This document shows, piece by piece, positions 37,831 to 51,405 of a DNA stretch of 64,000 bases. Below the pieces are notes generated by a model that did not search any database, had not been told where the DNA came from, and was given only the letters and a program-made list of their open reading frames with translations. The first letter of the stretch is position 1. The number at the start of each line of letters is the position of its first letter. A program made the position numbers and the translations under genes. Source of the DNA: Octopus sinensis (lineage: Eukaryota); contig NW_021836141.1 of the NCBI RefSeq assembly GCF_006345805.1, forward strand, positions 1-64,000, given 5' to 3'.

Positions 37831-38439
37831 TTCTCAAGAGCACATTGTCTAATATTATTTTGAATGAAAATTGTTGCTACTTCTAGCAGGTTTAGTGACC
37901 ATATAGGGGTTTCATGTTGACTCATATCACTGTATCAACCTGACTATCACATGTTATACAATGCTGGTCTGAACTCACTTCTTTGTATTGTTGTAGCATT
38001 GAAATAATGACAACCTGCTGGCCAGCTATGCAGGTGTTTAGTGTAAAGTTACCAAGATCATGACATTCCCTCCAAGCAGGATACCACTCTATCACAAGGC
38101 AATTCATCTACAGCTGGGTGGACTGGAGCAATATGAAATGGAGTGTCTTGCTTAAGAACACAACACACCACCTGATTCAGGACATAATCTTGTAACTATG
38201 AATATAACACCCTAATAACTAGGCCACATATTTTTCATACTTATGTGATGATTAAGATTGAAAACAATAGAAATTTTTCTCTATTGGAACTACTGAGTGT
38301 TGCTTGTGAAGGAGCAGCTGGATGGCAAATTCATGAAGTGGTAAAGAAAACAATTGTTCCTTATAAGAATTCATAGGAAATTCATTAGATGGCAGTTTCA
38401 GTATCAAATTTTATTTTGGAAAAATTTTCTGTACTCTTA

Positions 38440-38875
38440 TTTTTTTTTTACTTGTTTCAGTGATTTGACTGCGGCCATGCTGGAGCACCGCCTTTAGTTG
38501 ACCAAATCGACCCTGGGACTTATTCTTTGTAAGCCCAGTACTTATTCTATCGGTCTCTTTTGCCGAACCGCTAAGTGACAGGGACGTAAACACACCAGCA
38601 TCAGTTGTCAAGCGATGCTAGGGGGACAAACACAGACACACAAACACACACATATATATATACACATATATATATATACACATATATATATACACATATA
38701 TATATATACACATATATATATATACATATATACGACAGGCTTCTTTCAGTTTCCGTCTACCAAGGTCGGCCCCAGGGCTATAGCAGAAGACACTTGCCCA
38801 AGATGCCACGCAGTCGGACTGAACCCGGAACCATGTGGCTGGTTAGCAAGCTACTTACCACACAGCCACTGCTGC
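38440..38875 (-). mobile_element. SINE family A
   Basis: Reverse complement of the consensus with a small internal deletion. Confidence 0.88.
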
Positions 38876-39420
38876 ACCTGTACCAAACATATTTCATTTA
38901 ATTTCTTCAACCTGAGAATTTAGTAAGAGGTCGGTGTTGATGTTGATTTTAGCTCCAGGTCAACCTTTATCATGTAGACTTGTGATCAAAGACATTCCAG
39001 TTGTCTTCCTGTCTTTTTAGAGGTATGGGTATTTAGAACTAGACTTGCTTATTTATCCTACTCTTCTTTTGAGACAATAGACTGTGATTTGAGAGATATT
39101 TGGCCATTATTTCTGGCAGACAGATTAACCACATAAAGATCCCTTCATTGATTCATGAGGCAAGCAGTTGATGCATTGGGCTTGCCTGCATAATCCTGTG
39201 ATCATTTATATAAGAGTTTGAAAGAAATTAACTGAAGTCTATCTTAGCTTAAATCAGAAATATCAGGCATGTTAGAGCTTGATAATGCAAACTTACAGAA
39301 CACCCCTCAATGTTGCAGTACTCTTAATAGCTTTTACACTAACCTAAGGCATTTAATATATATTTACAGCTGCTGGTCTTGCACCAAAATTTGAAACCAA
39401 TATATTTTAATAGTTACTCA

Positions 39421-39765
39421 TGTGAAGGTACATGGCTCAGTGGTTAAAGTGTCGAGCTTACAATCGTGAGGTTGTGAGTTTGAATCTCGGACTGGGCTGC
39501 ATGTTGTGTTCTTGAGCAAGACACTTTATTTAACATTGCTCCAGTTCATTTAGCTGTAGAAATGAGTTGCGACATCACAGGTGCCAAGCTGTATCTGTTG
39601 TTGCCTTTCCCTTGGATAACACTGGTGGTGTGGAGAGGGGAGGCCAGTATGCATGGGCGACTGCTGGTCTTCCATAAACAACCTTGCCCAGACTTGTGCC
39701 TGGGAGGGTAACTTTCTAGGTGCAATCCCACAGTCAGTCACGACCAAAGGGGGTCTCAATAGTCA
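39421..39765 (+). mobile_element. tRNA-derived SINE, family D
   Basis: A box tggctcagtgg, B box gtttgaatctc, then gtgttcttgagcaagacactt; older reverse copies at ~27140-27390, ~38030-38230 and ~53530-53840. Confidence 0.8.
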
Positions 39766-40462
39766 AAATAAGCTAGAGGTTAAGTGCTTTGGATATAGAC
39801 AGCAAGAAGCCTTGGATGCAAAACATGGATCTAATCCTTCAAGTCAGTCAAGTGATACACTCTTCTGCTGCCATGTGTGTTCACTGAGAAGGAGATAAAA
39901 CTGGGAGTATAAAGATGAAGGAAGTCTGGTAGATGGATTGAGGTGTTTGGAGGATAACATTTGGGGGAAGAAAGGCCGAGTAGCGGAATGGGTACAATGA
40001 ATCTGCTGAAGGAAACTGAGGAAGGCAAGGCAAGGGAAGAAGTGATGAAGTGTGTTTATATAAGATGCTTGATCTCACGCAGGAGATGGAAAACGAGCAC
40101 AGCAAGTGAGAGAAAAGCAGATCTATCCAACCGTTGCCAGCATGGGAAAATGGATGACGAAGAAGAAGAAGAAGAAGAAGAAGAGAAGAAGAAGAAGAAG
40201 AAGAAGAAGAAGAAGAAGAAAGAAAGGAGATGATCATGATCAATATTTATGTATCTTGAAATCTCTTTGATGGTGGATAAGAAAGAATTTAGTTGTAGAG
40301 TTGCAAAAGAGCTTTCCTCCTCCTCTTCCTCCTCCTCCTCCTCCTCCTCCTCCTCCGTCCACCTCCACAATCGTCATTGCCGCTACTGCTGCTACTACTA
40401 CTACATCTACTACAACAACAAATACTACTCCTACAACTACTACTACTACTACTACTACTAAA

Positions 40463-40513
<51 letters not shown>

Positions 40514-40842
40514 AATAATAATGATAATAATAATAATAATAATAATAATACTATGACTACTACTACTACTACTACTATCTCTATAATTTTATTCATACGT
40601 AGGATACATTATAGTGATATAAATAGACTCCAGTACGATACAGTACTGCAGTTCCATCATCCCCAGGTGGATTAAAGGTAGAAAACAAAAACATTTTGGT
40701 AACATTTGAACTCAGACTGCAAAAGGTCACAATTAAATATCACATAGCATTATAGTGCATGTTCCAAATAAATAAAAACAAAAGTGACACTATCAAGTGC
40801 ATTTGCACTGAAATATATACACTTTCTTTATTTGTGAGTGAT

Positions 40843-41330
40843 AGGCGCAGGAGTGGCTGAGTGGTAAGTAGCTTGCTTACCAACCCCGTGGTTCCGGGTT
40901 CATTCCCACTACATAGCACTTTGGGCAAGTATTTTCTACTATAGCCTCAGGCTGACCAAAGCCTTGTGAGTGGATTTGGTAGATGGAAACTGAAAGAAGC
41001 CTGTTGTATATATGTATATATTATATATATATATATATATCATAATAATAATGAAATTATTGTATGCAGTGCTCAAGTGCACCACAACTTGTCAAAAGTG
41101 CGTATAAAGCATATATATATGTGTGTGTATATGTTTGTGTGTCTGTGTTTGACCCCCTAACATCGCTTGACAACTGATAGTGGTTTGTTTACGTCCCCGT
41201 TACTCAGCGGTTCGGCAAAAGAACCGATAGAATAATTACTAGGCTTCCAAAGAATAAATCCTGGGGTCGATTTGCTCAGCTAAAGGCGGTTCTCCAGTAT
41301 GGCTGCAGTCAAATGACTGAAACAAGAGAA
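40843..41330 (+). mobile_element. SINE family A
   Basis: Consensus halves with a short insert in the central microsatellite. Confidence 0.85.
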
Positions 41331-41633
41331 GAATTCATTTCAAACGGCAGTAGCATTGCATCAGCGCCAAAGTCTGCAAGACATATACATATGCTCAGGC
41401 CTATTCTTTTACTTTTTTTCTTGTTTGTCATTTTACTGATGCCATGCTGGAGCATTGCCTCTTAGTCAAAGAAATCAACCCCAGGACTTATTCTTTGTAA
41501 GCTTGGTACTTATTCTATCAGTCGCTTTTGCTGAGCTGCTAAGTTATGGTGACATAAACACACCAATATCGGTTGTCAAGCGATAGTGGGGGGAGGTAAA
41601 CCCAGACACAAAAACACACACATAAATATATAC

Positions 41634-41693
<60 letters not shown>

Positions 41694-41809
41694 CGGGAAG
41701 CTTTATGAAAATAGACAAAAGACGAAGGCAGGTGGAAAACAAACAAACAATTGTATTAGTATGGCGCTCAGGAAATATAAATAAAACAAGTCTTTAACGT
41801 TATATATGA

Positions 41810-43905
41810 AGGTAGCTGGAAAGTACTACAGGACAGCTTGCTGAGTGCCACAGACCAAGTCTGTGGATGGTGCAAAGTCCCTTCCAGACCTAGAGTTACG
41901 TGGTGGTGGAATAGTGCAGTAGACAAAGCCATTAGTGCAAAGAAACAGGCCTGGAGAGCCTGGAGGGATAGGGGTAGCAGGGAACCGTACCAAGTGGCCA
42001 AAAGGGAGGCCGAGCGGCAGGTATACATAGCCAAAGATATAGCAGAAAAGAAGAAGTTCGCCAATGTCCAGCGACATGAGGACCAAAGAACTGAGGTATT
42101 TCGGATTGCTAGACAGTGTGTGAGAGAAAATAGTGATGTTACAGGAGAGAAATGTGTCCGCATGGATGATGGGGCACTTGCTTTTAATGTTGGTGAAAAG
42201 AAAGAGGCTTGGAGAAGCCATTATGAAAGACTGCTGAATGTGGAGAATGAATGGGAGGAAGAGAGCCTGCCAAATGTTGACCCAGTAGAGGGACCAGCTA
42301 TCCAAATAGACAGCTCCCTTGTAGTTAAGGCAATTAAGGGTATGAAACCAGGTAAAGCCCCTGGCCCATCAGGTATCACTGCTGAGATGCTTAAAACAGC
42401 TGGTTATGTGGGCTATGGCCTAGTCACCCGCATCATAAACCAGGTAGTCCATAATGGAGTCATACCCAATGACTGGTGTAGCAGCACCATAGTCGATGCG
42501 GGAACTGGAGATTGACGAATGGCTAATAAGGGCTGTACAGGCTCTATACAGAGAGGCTGTCAGCAAGGTTAGGATTGGCAACGAATATAGTGAAGAATTC
42601 CAGGTAGAAGTAGGTGTACACCAAGGCTCAGCCCTCAGTCCCCTTTTATTCATCATAGTCCTCCAGGCAATAACAGAGGAACTCAAAACAGGTTGCCCCT
42701 GGGAGCTCCTCTATGCTGATGACCTGGCTCTCATAGCAGAATCACTACCGGAACTAGAAAAGAAATTTCAGGTGTGGAAACAAGGGTTAGAATCAAAGGA
42801 CCTTAGAATAAATGTAGCGAAGACCAAAGTTATAGTAAGCAGAAAGGCGAACTCAGCACACACCCCATCGGGCAGGTGGCCCTGCTCAATCTGTAGGAAA
42901 GGTGTAGGTAGAAAACTCCATAAGATGCATCCAGTGTAAGCTATGGACGCATAAGAGGTGCAGCAACATCAAAGGGAAATTAACTGATAAGATAACTTTC
43001 ATGTGCGGCAGATGCACAGGGACAATAGACACCACAAATACTCAGAAAACAGATTCCATCACACTCCAGGGGGAGAAACTAGAAGTAGTTGATAGTTTCT
43101 GCTACCTGGGTGACCAAGTTAGTAGTGGAGGTGGATGCTCAGAGAGTGTCACCACTAGAATACGAATAGCCTGGGCAAAGTTTAGAAAGCTCCTACCCCT
43201 AGTGGCGACAAAGGGTCTCTCACTCAGAGTGAAAGGTAGATTGTATGATGCATGTGTGCGAACTGCCATGCTTCACAGCAGTGAAACATGGGCCGTGACT
43301 GCAGAGGACATGCGTAGACTTGAAAGAAATGAAGCTAGCATGATCCGCTGGATGTGTAATGTCAGTGTGAATGCACGACAGAGTGTAAGCACCCTGAGAG
43401 AAATGCTAGACATAAGAAGCATCAGATGCGGTGTGCAAGAGCGACGCTTGCGATGGTATGGTCATGTACTGCGGATGGATGAGGAGAGATGTGTGAAGAA
43501 GTGCCACACCCAAACAGTTGAAGGTATCAGGGGGAGAGGTAGACCCAGGAAGACATGGGATGAGGTAGTCAAGCATGACCTCAGAGCGTTGGGCCTCACT
43601 GAGGCAATGGTGAAGGACCGAGATCTCTGGAGATGTGCTGTGACTACAAAGACCCGGGACGTTTCCGGCTCCAGTTCCGCATAGCCCCTGCCCATTCAAA
43701 GTACCTTGGATCCCGGAACGTCTCGCTGTGCTTGAGGAGACCTGTTGAGTCAAGTGCATGTACATGAACATCGAAACAAATATCAATGGAAACAGTAGTT
43801 GTGATACCTGTGTCGGTGGCACATAAAAAGCACCATCCGAACGTGGCAGTTGCTAGCGTGGAAAACGGACGTTAAACGATGATGATGATGATGATGATGA
43901 TGATA
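41810..43905 (+). pseudogene. 5'-truncated RTE LINE (second subfamily) with an internal deletion
   Basis: KAPGPSGITAEML, GVHQGSALSPLLF, LYADDL, PHD WPCSICRK..CGRC, FCYLGDQV, RGRPRKTWDEVV; deletion at ~42496 removes the KAFD motif; (GAT)n tail at 43879-43905. Confidence 0.93.
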
Positions 43906-44075
43906 TATATTTATACTTATATTTATATTTATATTTATATACATATACATATATATATACATATCATCATCGTTTAATGTCCGCTTTCCATGCTAGCATG
44001 GGTTGGATGATTTTGACTGAGGGCTGGTGAACCAGACAGCCGCACCAGGCTCCAATCTTGATCTGGCAGAGTTTC

Positions 44076-44116
<41 letters not shown>

Positions 44117-45204
44117 TATATATACGATGGGCTTCTTTCAGTTTCTGTCTACCAAATTCACTCACAAGGCTTTGGTTGGCCTGAGGTTATAGTAGAAGAC
44201 ACTTACCCAAGGTATCATACAGTGGGACTGAACTCAGAATCATGTGGTTAGGAAGCAAGCTTCTTACCACACAGCCACTCCAGCACTAGGAGTGGGTAGC
44301 CACAGCAAGACACACATCAGGTTTCCATTCATTTCCCAGCTCAGATAGACAGACACTCCAATCAAAGGATGAAGTGATAATATTTTGTTTGACTATCAGA
44401 TATTATATTAAACAATTATAGTTTACGTTAATAGATTCCCCGATTCAAAGCACTATATACAATTAATTAAGAAAGAAAAAAGAAGAAAAAAACAGAACTT
44501 AAAAAACTAAAAGGTTGAATATTGCAAGTAAACATTAGGTACTAACATCAATCAGACAACCAAATAACATAGTATTATTAAATTTAACTACTTTGTACAA
44601 CATGCCTGTTATTAAAAAAAAACAGTAAAATAAAAGATTAAATGAAAAAGTAGTATTAAATATTGATCCTGTAAAGAAAAAAGAGATGGTTTGATAAAGC
44701 AAAAAACATTAAATAAATCTTGTACAAGTGGGTACTGTTTAGTTCTTCTTCCTTGGTATATGATTTGATCATTATCTACTTGGTGTTTTATTTCTTGCTG
44801 ACTAGTTTTGATAGACGTAGTAATTTGAGCTAATTATCACTGATTATTAAATTTTTGACAGTGAGGAGTTTCCCTGAGTGGCTGTGTGGTTAAGAAGCAG
44901 GTTTCAGGATAATGTTATTTTTGGTTTGATATCTTGCATAAAACCTCAGACAAGAGACTTTTACCATAACCTTTGAAATGGTAAATAACTCGTGAATGGA
45001 ATTTGCAAACAAGAGACTCTGCAGAAGCATGTTGCATGTATAACTTGTGTAAAATTGCGTGAAACAGAGTGTGAGATAGAATGCCTTCCATCAATTGTTC
45101 TGAAGCTCTGTGCTCTGAGTTCAAATCCTAACAACTGAAAAGAATTTTCTTCCTCCTCTTATCATCATCATCATCATTGCTGTTACCATTCTCCTCCTCT
45201 CCTG

Positions 45205-45345
45205 CTTCTTCTTCTTCTTCTTCTTCTTCTTCTTCTTCTTCTTCTTCTTCTTCTTCTTCTTCTTCTTCTTCTTCTTCTTCTTCTTCTTCTTCTTCTTCTT
45301 CTTCTTCTTCTTCTTCTTCTTCTTCTTCTTCTTCTTCTCCTTCTT
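45205..45345. repeat. (TTC)n microsatellite
   Basis: Direct reading. Confidence 0.97.
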
Positions 45346-45641
45346 CTACTTCTGCTTCCTCTTCTTCCTCCTTCATCTTTTACCACCATCCCACCACTGC
45401 TGCCATATTGCCTACCACCATCACTTCCACCATCTCCACCACCACTTCAACCATCCCCAACACCACCGTTTTTCGTAATTTCAATATTGGCAAAAATGTG
45501 CCAATCCAGGTGGCAGACAGGTGGAACTGTAAGAACATCAGACGACTGGATACCTTGTGGTATTTGTTATGGCTCAGAGTTCTGAGTTCACATCCCACCA
45601 TGGTCTACTTGATCTGCAGCCTGTTTAAAACCAGCGCCAGA

Positions 45642-46092
45642 CATCTGGGATGCCTTTAGCAGAGTAGACCCTGTTGCAAGCATTTGGACAGGGTCTCTGG
45701 TTTCAGAATACTTTCCCCTTGCTCCTTACCAATCCTGGAAGTTCTGTAAAGAGTCATCTGGGATGCCTTTAGCAGAAACACCCTGTTGCAAGCATTTGAA
45801 CAGGGTCTCTGATTTCAGAATACTTCCCCCTTGCTCCTTACCAATCCTGGAAGTTCTGTAAAGAGTCATCTGGGATGCCTTTAGTAGAAACACCCTGTTG
45901 CAAGCATTTGGACAGGGTCTCTGGTTTCAGAATACTTTCCCCCTTGCTCCTTACCAATCCTGGAAGTTCTGTAAAGAGTCATCTGGGATGCCTTTAGCAG
46001 AAACACCCTGTTGCAAGCATTTGGACAGGGTCTCTGGTTTCAGAATACTTTCCCCCTTGCTCCTTACCAATCCTGAAAGTCCTGTAAAGAAT
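45642..46092. repeat. Four tandem copies of a 112-113-bp unit
   Basis: catctgggatgcctttag starts at 45642, 45755, 45867 and 45980; array ends ~46092. Confidence 0.95.
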
Positions 46093-47989
46093 CATGTGCA
46101 TAGAATTCTTTCTGGGCTCTGCAGTTTGATATACAAAAAAATATTTCAAATGGAAGTCAACCATTACATAAGACATCATTCCTACATAAATTTAAGTGTG
46201 TAATTGCATAATTGTTATATATTTTGCAATTCTTTTGTTATATCAAACCAGTGTTCTTCTCTATCTTTATTTCTTTGAAATTCAGAAGTTATTTGAACAA
46301 GTTCATTTGATATAACAGGAAATGACAGACTGGCTACTTAAAGTTTGAACTTAGATTTTATCTTAGTAGATATGTAATCAGATCTGAAATTGAAAACATC
46401 AATCACTGTGCCTAATTTCAGCATCGTTTCAATTGAACCTCTACGTAAAATTTGAAACTTTAACAAAATGGCCGACACACTGAATATGAACTATGAAACT
46501 AAAATACTACTCAATAAGAAATAAAGTTGTGAAAAAAAAGTTGAAGTGAGAAGATGTGTCTTTTGGCAAATGTGAAAGAAGAGAAGATAACACATTCTTT
46601 GTGACAAGTCAAAGTATATTTTTCGTTTTTTTTTTTTTCACATTTTTATTTATTATTATTTTTTTTTCACTTTCTTTGCACCTTGAAGTAAAAGAATTTT
46701 TGTTTTCTTCCAGACAGAATGGATGTTACCTACTGTAATATTTTTAAAGTGGGGTTAAAGTTTATTAGATATTCGTGAGTTATAATCTAGGATTAATGTT
46801 TCAGATTTAGAAGTGGAGAAATGTTTAAATTCAAACATGAAACTGACTTTAAGATTCTATTTATATATAAAATATAAAGGATAAAGGTTACCTGTTAGGT
46901 TGTTGGAACAGAGTGTGAAGTTTATGAAAATAGTGGAAATGATGCTACATTTTCGTTAACTACTTCTATTAGAATGATTGGACATAAGTAGCAGTATAAA
47001 CTTCATGACTTATGTGTATGTATGTATATATGTATGCATGTTCTTATGCATGTATGTGTGTCGTTATTCAATTTATTTCAAAATATCTTGTCAATAGAGG
47101 AAGAACCGGTTTCTAACCTAGATCCAAGATTCCTTCATTGGAATTTCAACATCAATAACAGGGTATGTATGTATGTATGTATGTATGTATGGACTCCTAG
47201 CCTTTGTTAGGGCATTCTTCTAGGAGAAGGTAACTCAGGTAACTGGGATAACTCCGACATAAAACCTGCGGCTCAGTGGTTACTGATGATGTTGACTTGT
47301 TCTTTTCGGATTATGGCTGCTGTTGCTTAGTGAGTGGGATTGATTCAGTGCACAGCCTTTCCTCACTTTAAAAAAAATCTTCTTGCACAGGCATTGCACG
47401 ATAACAACATTGATTAAGCTTCGTGCAATGGCCATACTCGATAACGAGGGGGCAGCCACCATGTATGTATGCATGTATATATGTATGTATGTATGTGAAG
47501 ATTTGTATGTTTTATGTATGTATTCTCATGCATATCTTGACTTGTTCATATATACTTAAATGATAATGTATATATATACTTAAATGGTAATGTCCTTGTT
47601 CAGTATTGGCATGGGTTGGACAGTTCGACAGGCTCCACTGAACCTATGTAGTGCATCACACATGGGCATGATTTCTACAGCTGGATGCCTTTCCTAATGC
47701 CAACCACTACACTGTGTACTGAGTGCTTTTTTCATGGCACCAGCCACCAGGTAAGGTATGAGAGAAGCAGGTTGAAGCATAGAAGATACCTTGCTGTAGA
47801 GGAGTAACATGATATCTTATATTTTAGAAGAAAGGGTGGGAGTGATTGGATGAGGCTGGAAAGCAATAATAATGTGATGATGAGGGGTTAGGATGTAGCT
47901 TCAAAGTTCAAGATGGATAGGCATGAGTTGAGCAGAGGGACCAGGAGTGAATGGGTGAGAAGGGGATATCTGTTAGTGCAGAACAGTAG

Positions 47990-48700
47990 AAAAGTAATGT
48001 TCTACATCTGTAATTTTTTCTCTAAATCTTTCACAGTCCTTGCTTCAGAAACTAATCCATCAGCATAGGGAAACTCCATAAGTAACTGGCTTTGAAATCT
48101 TTTATTAACTCTGATAAATAGAAGGTGGCTGAGAGCAGAGTCTTGGTGGATGCCTGCTTGCACTCTGAATTCCTTAATATTACTCATTGCCAACATTCAG
48201 TTTGCTGGCTAAATTCTTGCATCCAGCTTGCACTTCTGTCACCCGTCAATCATTAACTCTTAGCTTAATTAGTGACCACCAGGCTATAATACTTTGTACA
48301 AGTCATTCTCCAGATCAATGAAAGCTTGATATAGAGGCTTACTCTTGATGAGGAACCTCTTGTGTTGTTGTCTCACCATGAAGAGAGCATCTGTGGTACT
48401 CCAGCCTGGGATGAATCCAAACTCCATCTCATCTAAGCAGATTCTTTACCTAATCAAATATGCTAAGGCTCCTTTAGTTACTTTCATAACTTTAGCTTGG
48501 TACCTCTGTAGTTGCTTCTTTGTAGATCATCTCTATAACAGCTGATGATTATATTGCTAAGCCAGTCATTAGGTATGACACAATCCTGTGTAACATGGTT
48601 TATTTTGTGGCTGCCTTTCTTGATATTCGTTCTGTCAGATATGTTCAGTGGTTCAATGATTATACTCAATAGACCAGCAGTTTACCTTGACTTCATATCC
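47990..48700 (-). pseudogene. Old RTE RT fragment
   Basis: EFRVQAGIHQDSALSHLLFI, FPYADGLV, VIPNDWLSNIIISCY, NYRGTKL. Confidence 0.75.
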
Positions 48701-48819
48701 TTAGAATGTCAATACGTCTAAAATGCTTCTATTTATTGCAAATGGCTTTTACAATACCCCTAAACTAGAAATAGTAATAATGATTTAGTAACCTTGAACA
48801 ACACAATGATAGCTACTTC

Positions 48820-49100
48820 AGTATTCCTGGAGGTTATGGACATGGCATAAGGAATGAAAAGGAAACAAAACTCTTGAAGTTTTGAGATAGAAGTACCCTA
48901 ACTGATTGTAGTATTATCTTCAGTAAACCAGCCAGTCTATTGATCACATATCAATCAGGTGAAGGTGCAAACCTTATAGACTGCATATTCATCAGGAAAA
49001 ATATTGGAAACTGTTTGTAAGGACTTGGTATTTCTTCAATGAAGAATTTATTAGAACATAGACTAGGGATTAGCAACTTCAGGATAATTGCTAGACAGAT
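48820..49100 (+). pseudogene. Old RTE APE fragment
   Basis: GGYGHGIRNEKETKLLKF..KPASLLITYQSG..IDCIFIRK. Confidence 0.6.
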
Positions 49101-49249
49101 TGAGATAATATGTGACAACTTGGTAAAGAAAGATATGGAAGAAGAAAATCTCCTGGTTGGAACTTGGTTTACAGATGTACTTGTTCTTATGTATGATGAG
49201 AATAAGAGGATGATTTGTATGGGACCAAACTACTATTTGTCACAGACTT

Positions 49250-49765
49250 ATCATCATCATCATCATCATTTAGCGTCTGTTTTTCATGCTAGCATGGGTT
49301 GGACAGTTCAACTGGGGTCTGTGAAGCCAGAAGGCTGCATCAGGCCCAGTCTGATCTGGCAGTGTTTCTACGGCTGGATGCCCTTCCTAACGCCAACCAC
49401 TCCACAAGTGTAGTGGGTGCTTTTTATGTGCCACCTGCACAGGTGCCAGACGGAGCTGGCAAACGGACATGAACGGATGGTGCTTTTACATGCCACTGGC
49501 ACGGAGGCCAGTCGGGGCGGTGCTGCCAACGACCACAAATGGATGGTGCTTTTTACGTGCCACCGACATGGGGACCAGGCGAGGCTGGCAACGGCCACAA
49601 ACGGATGGTGCTTTTACGTCCCACCAGCATGGGGGCCAGGCGAGGCTGGCAACAGACACGAACGGATGGTGCTTTTACATGCTACCGGTACGGAGGCCAG
49701 TCGGGGCGGTGCTGGCAACGGCCACGAACGGATGGTGCTTTTTACGTGCCACCGGCACGGGGGCA
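49250..49765 (-). mobile_element. RTE 3' tail with about six tandem ~60-bp subrepeats
   Basis: Repeated acggatggtgcttttac(a/g)tgcca. Confidence 0.88.
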
Positions 49766-49869
49766 GACTTATATTTTGTGAATAAAATTTGATAGAGAGC
49801 AATTGCAAAGAAACCCGTAATTTATACGTATGCAAGGGTGTATGTATAAAATTATTCAGAATGTGAAAT

Positions 49870-50480
49870 TAAGAAACTATAATGGCTCTGCTAAAGCCAC
49901 TTGTTCTCACCCATCTGGATTATTGCTCTAGAATATGCACACCAAGGCATTAAATCAATGGTAGATTTTGTAGCAATCTTATACTGCTAAAATAAGCAGA
50001 TGCAACAAGGATACTAAAAGAGGCTGAATGAATTATGGTTCTGGTTCCTGAAGTGAAGAGAGGGAAAACCTGCAGTGATTTATATATAGAATATTTTGAA
50101 AGGTCTACTAAACAAACTTTGGTGTTATGAGCTATAGTAACATCTGAAATAGACATCAGAGCACAGCATAGTAACAAAAGTCCTACACATGCTATCTAGA
50201 GTTAAAACTAAACACTACTATAGGTTAGGGGTTGAAAGCTCATTGGTTTTTCACTATACTACCAAAGAACTAAGGATGCTATATAAAGCAATAAAGATCT
50301 AAAGGTATTAAAAAAGAAAACCCCAGATGTTTTACTGTCTCAAATATGGATGAACTTACGTTGTGGCAAGAAACAAGCATGAAAGAAGCAATATCAAACT
50401 TTGTCATTCACCAAACATCAACAATACTGAAGGAATGGGTGCAGCAGCAATAATGTCAGAGCCTTGGCATACCCACATCC
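49870..50480 (+). pseudogene. Old CR1-like LINE 3' fragment
   Basis: LLKPLVLTHLDYCSRICTP and IYI*NILKGLLN resemble the CR1 ORF2 C-terminus. Confidence 0.5.
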
Positions 50481-50560
50481 CTCCATTTGGAACTAGTAAA
50501 AGAGCTGCATATGCATATTAAGACAGACAGATACATACATACATACACACATATGCATAT

Positions 50561-50607
<47 letters not shown>

Positions 50608-50646
50608 CATACATACATACATACATACATAAGCACACATATGCAT

Positions 50647-50698
<52 letters not shown>

Positions 50699-50827
50699 TA
50701 TAATTAAGGGCTAAAGAGGGTTATTCTAAAGCCAATACACTGATTTATCCACTTATAATCCGCTTGCTACAGGAGAATTGAAACTGAAAACGGGCAACTA
50801 ACCTTTAGAAAATTTAAATTTCGTTAT

Positions 50828-50888
50828 CTCTATATTGAATCAATTTCGGAATTAATCTTATAAAAGATATATTCTTTCTTCAGTAGAG
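50828..50888 (-). ncRNA. Type I hammerhead ribozyme motif, core intact
   Basis: Minus strand: ctcta-CTGAAGA-aa-gaat-at-atctt-ttat-aagat-ta-attc-c-GAAA-ttga-t-tcaa-TA-tagag. Confidence 0.7.
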
Positions 50889-51344
50889 CTTTCGATGGGA
50901 TATAAATAAAATACTCACGTATGATCATGGAAAAAGCACAAGCTAAAAACATAACTACACTTGAGTACATCACTTATATCTAAAAATAAAAATTCTTTGG
51001 TCAGCCTCAGAAACAACGTCTTGACCTTCGCCGCTACAAATTGTAATGGTTACCAGTCCTCCCGTAGCAAGCAGCGAGTTTACTACTAACAATATAGGAT
51101 GAAGTCCCTTTCTCTACAGAAAAGGAATCCATCAGGAAGCGTGGGCAGTATATTTAAAAAAACCGTTACGGTTGAAGTATAAACATCATATAATTAAGGG
51201 CTAAAGAGGGTTATTCTAAAGCCAATACACTGATTTATCCACTTTATTTTTAGATATAAGTGATGTACTCAAGTGTAGTTATGTTTTTAGCTTGTGCTTT
51301 TTCCATGATCATACATGAGTATTTTATTTATATCCCATCGAAAG

Positions 51345-51405
51345 CTCTACTGAAGAAAGAATATATCTTTTATAAGATTAATTCCAAAATTGATTCAATA
51401 TAGAG
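51345..51405 (+). ncRNA. Second copy of the same hammerhead with G12 changed to A (predicted inactive)
   Basis: Identical except attccAAAA at 51386 instead of attccGAAA (CpG transition). Confidence 0.65.

Noticed and set aside
47100-47460. Possible 5' UTR of another LINE (ctcctag/ctaggag hairpin, ctaggagaaggtaactc)
   Set aside because: Resemblance is from memory only and there is no adjoining ORF; left uncalled.
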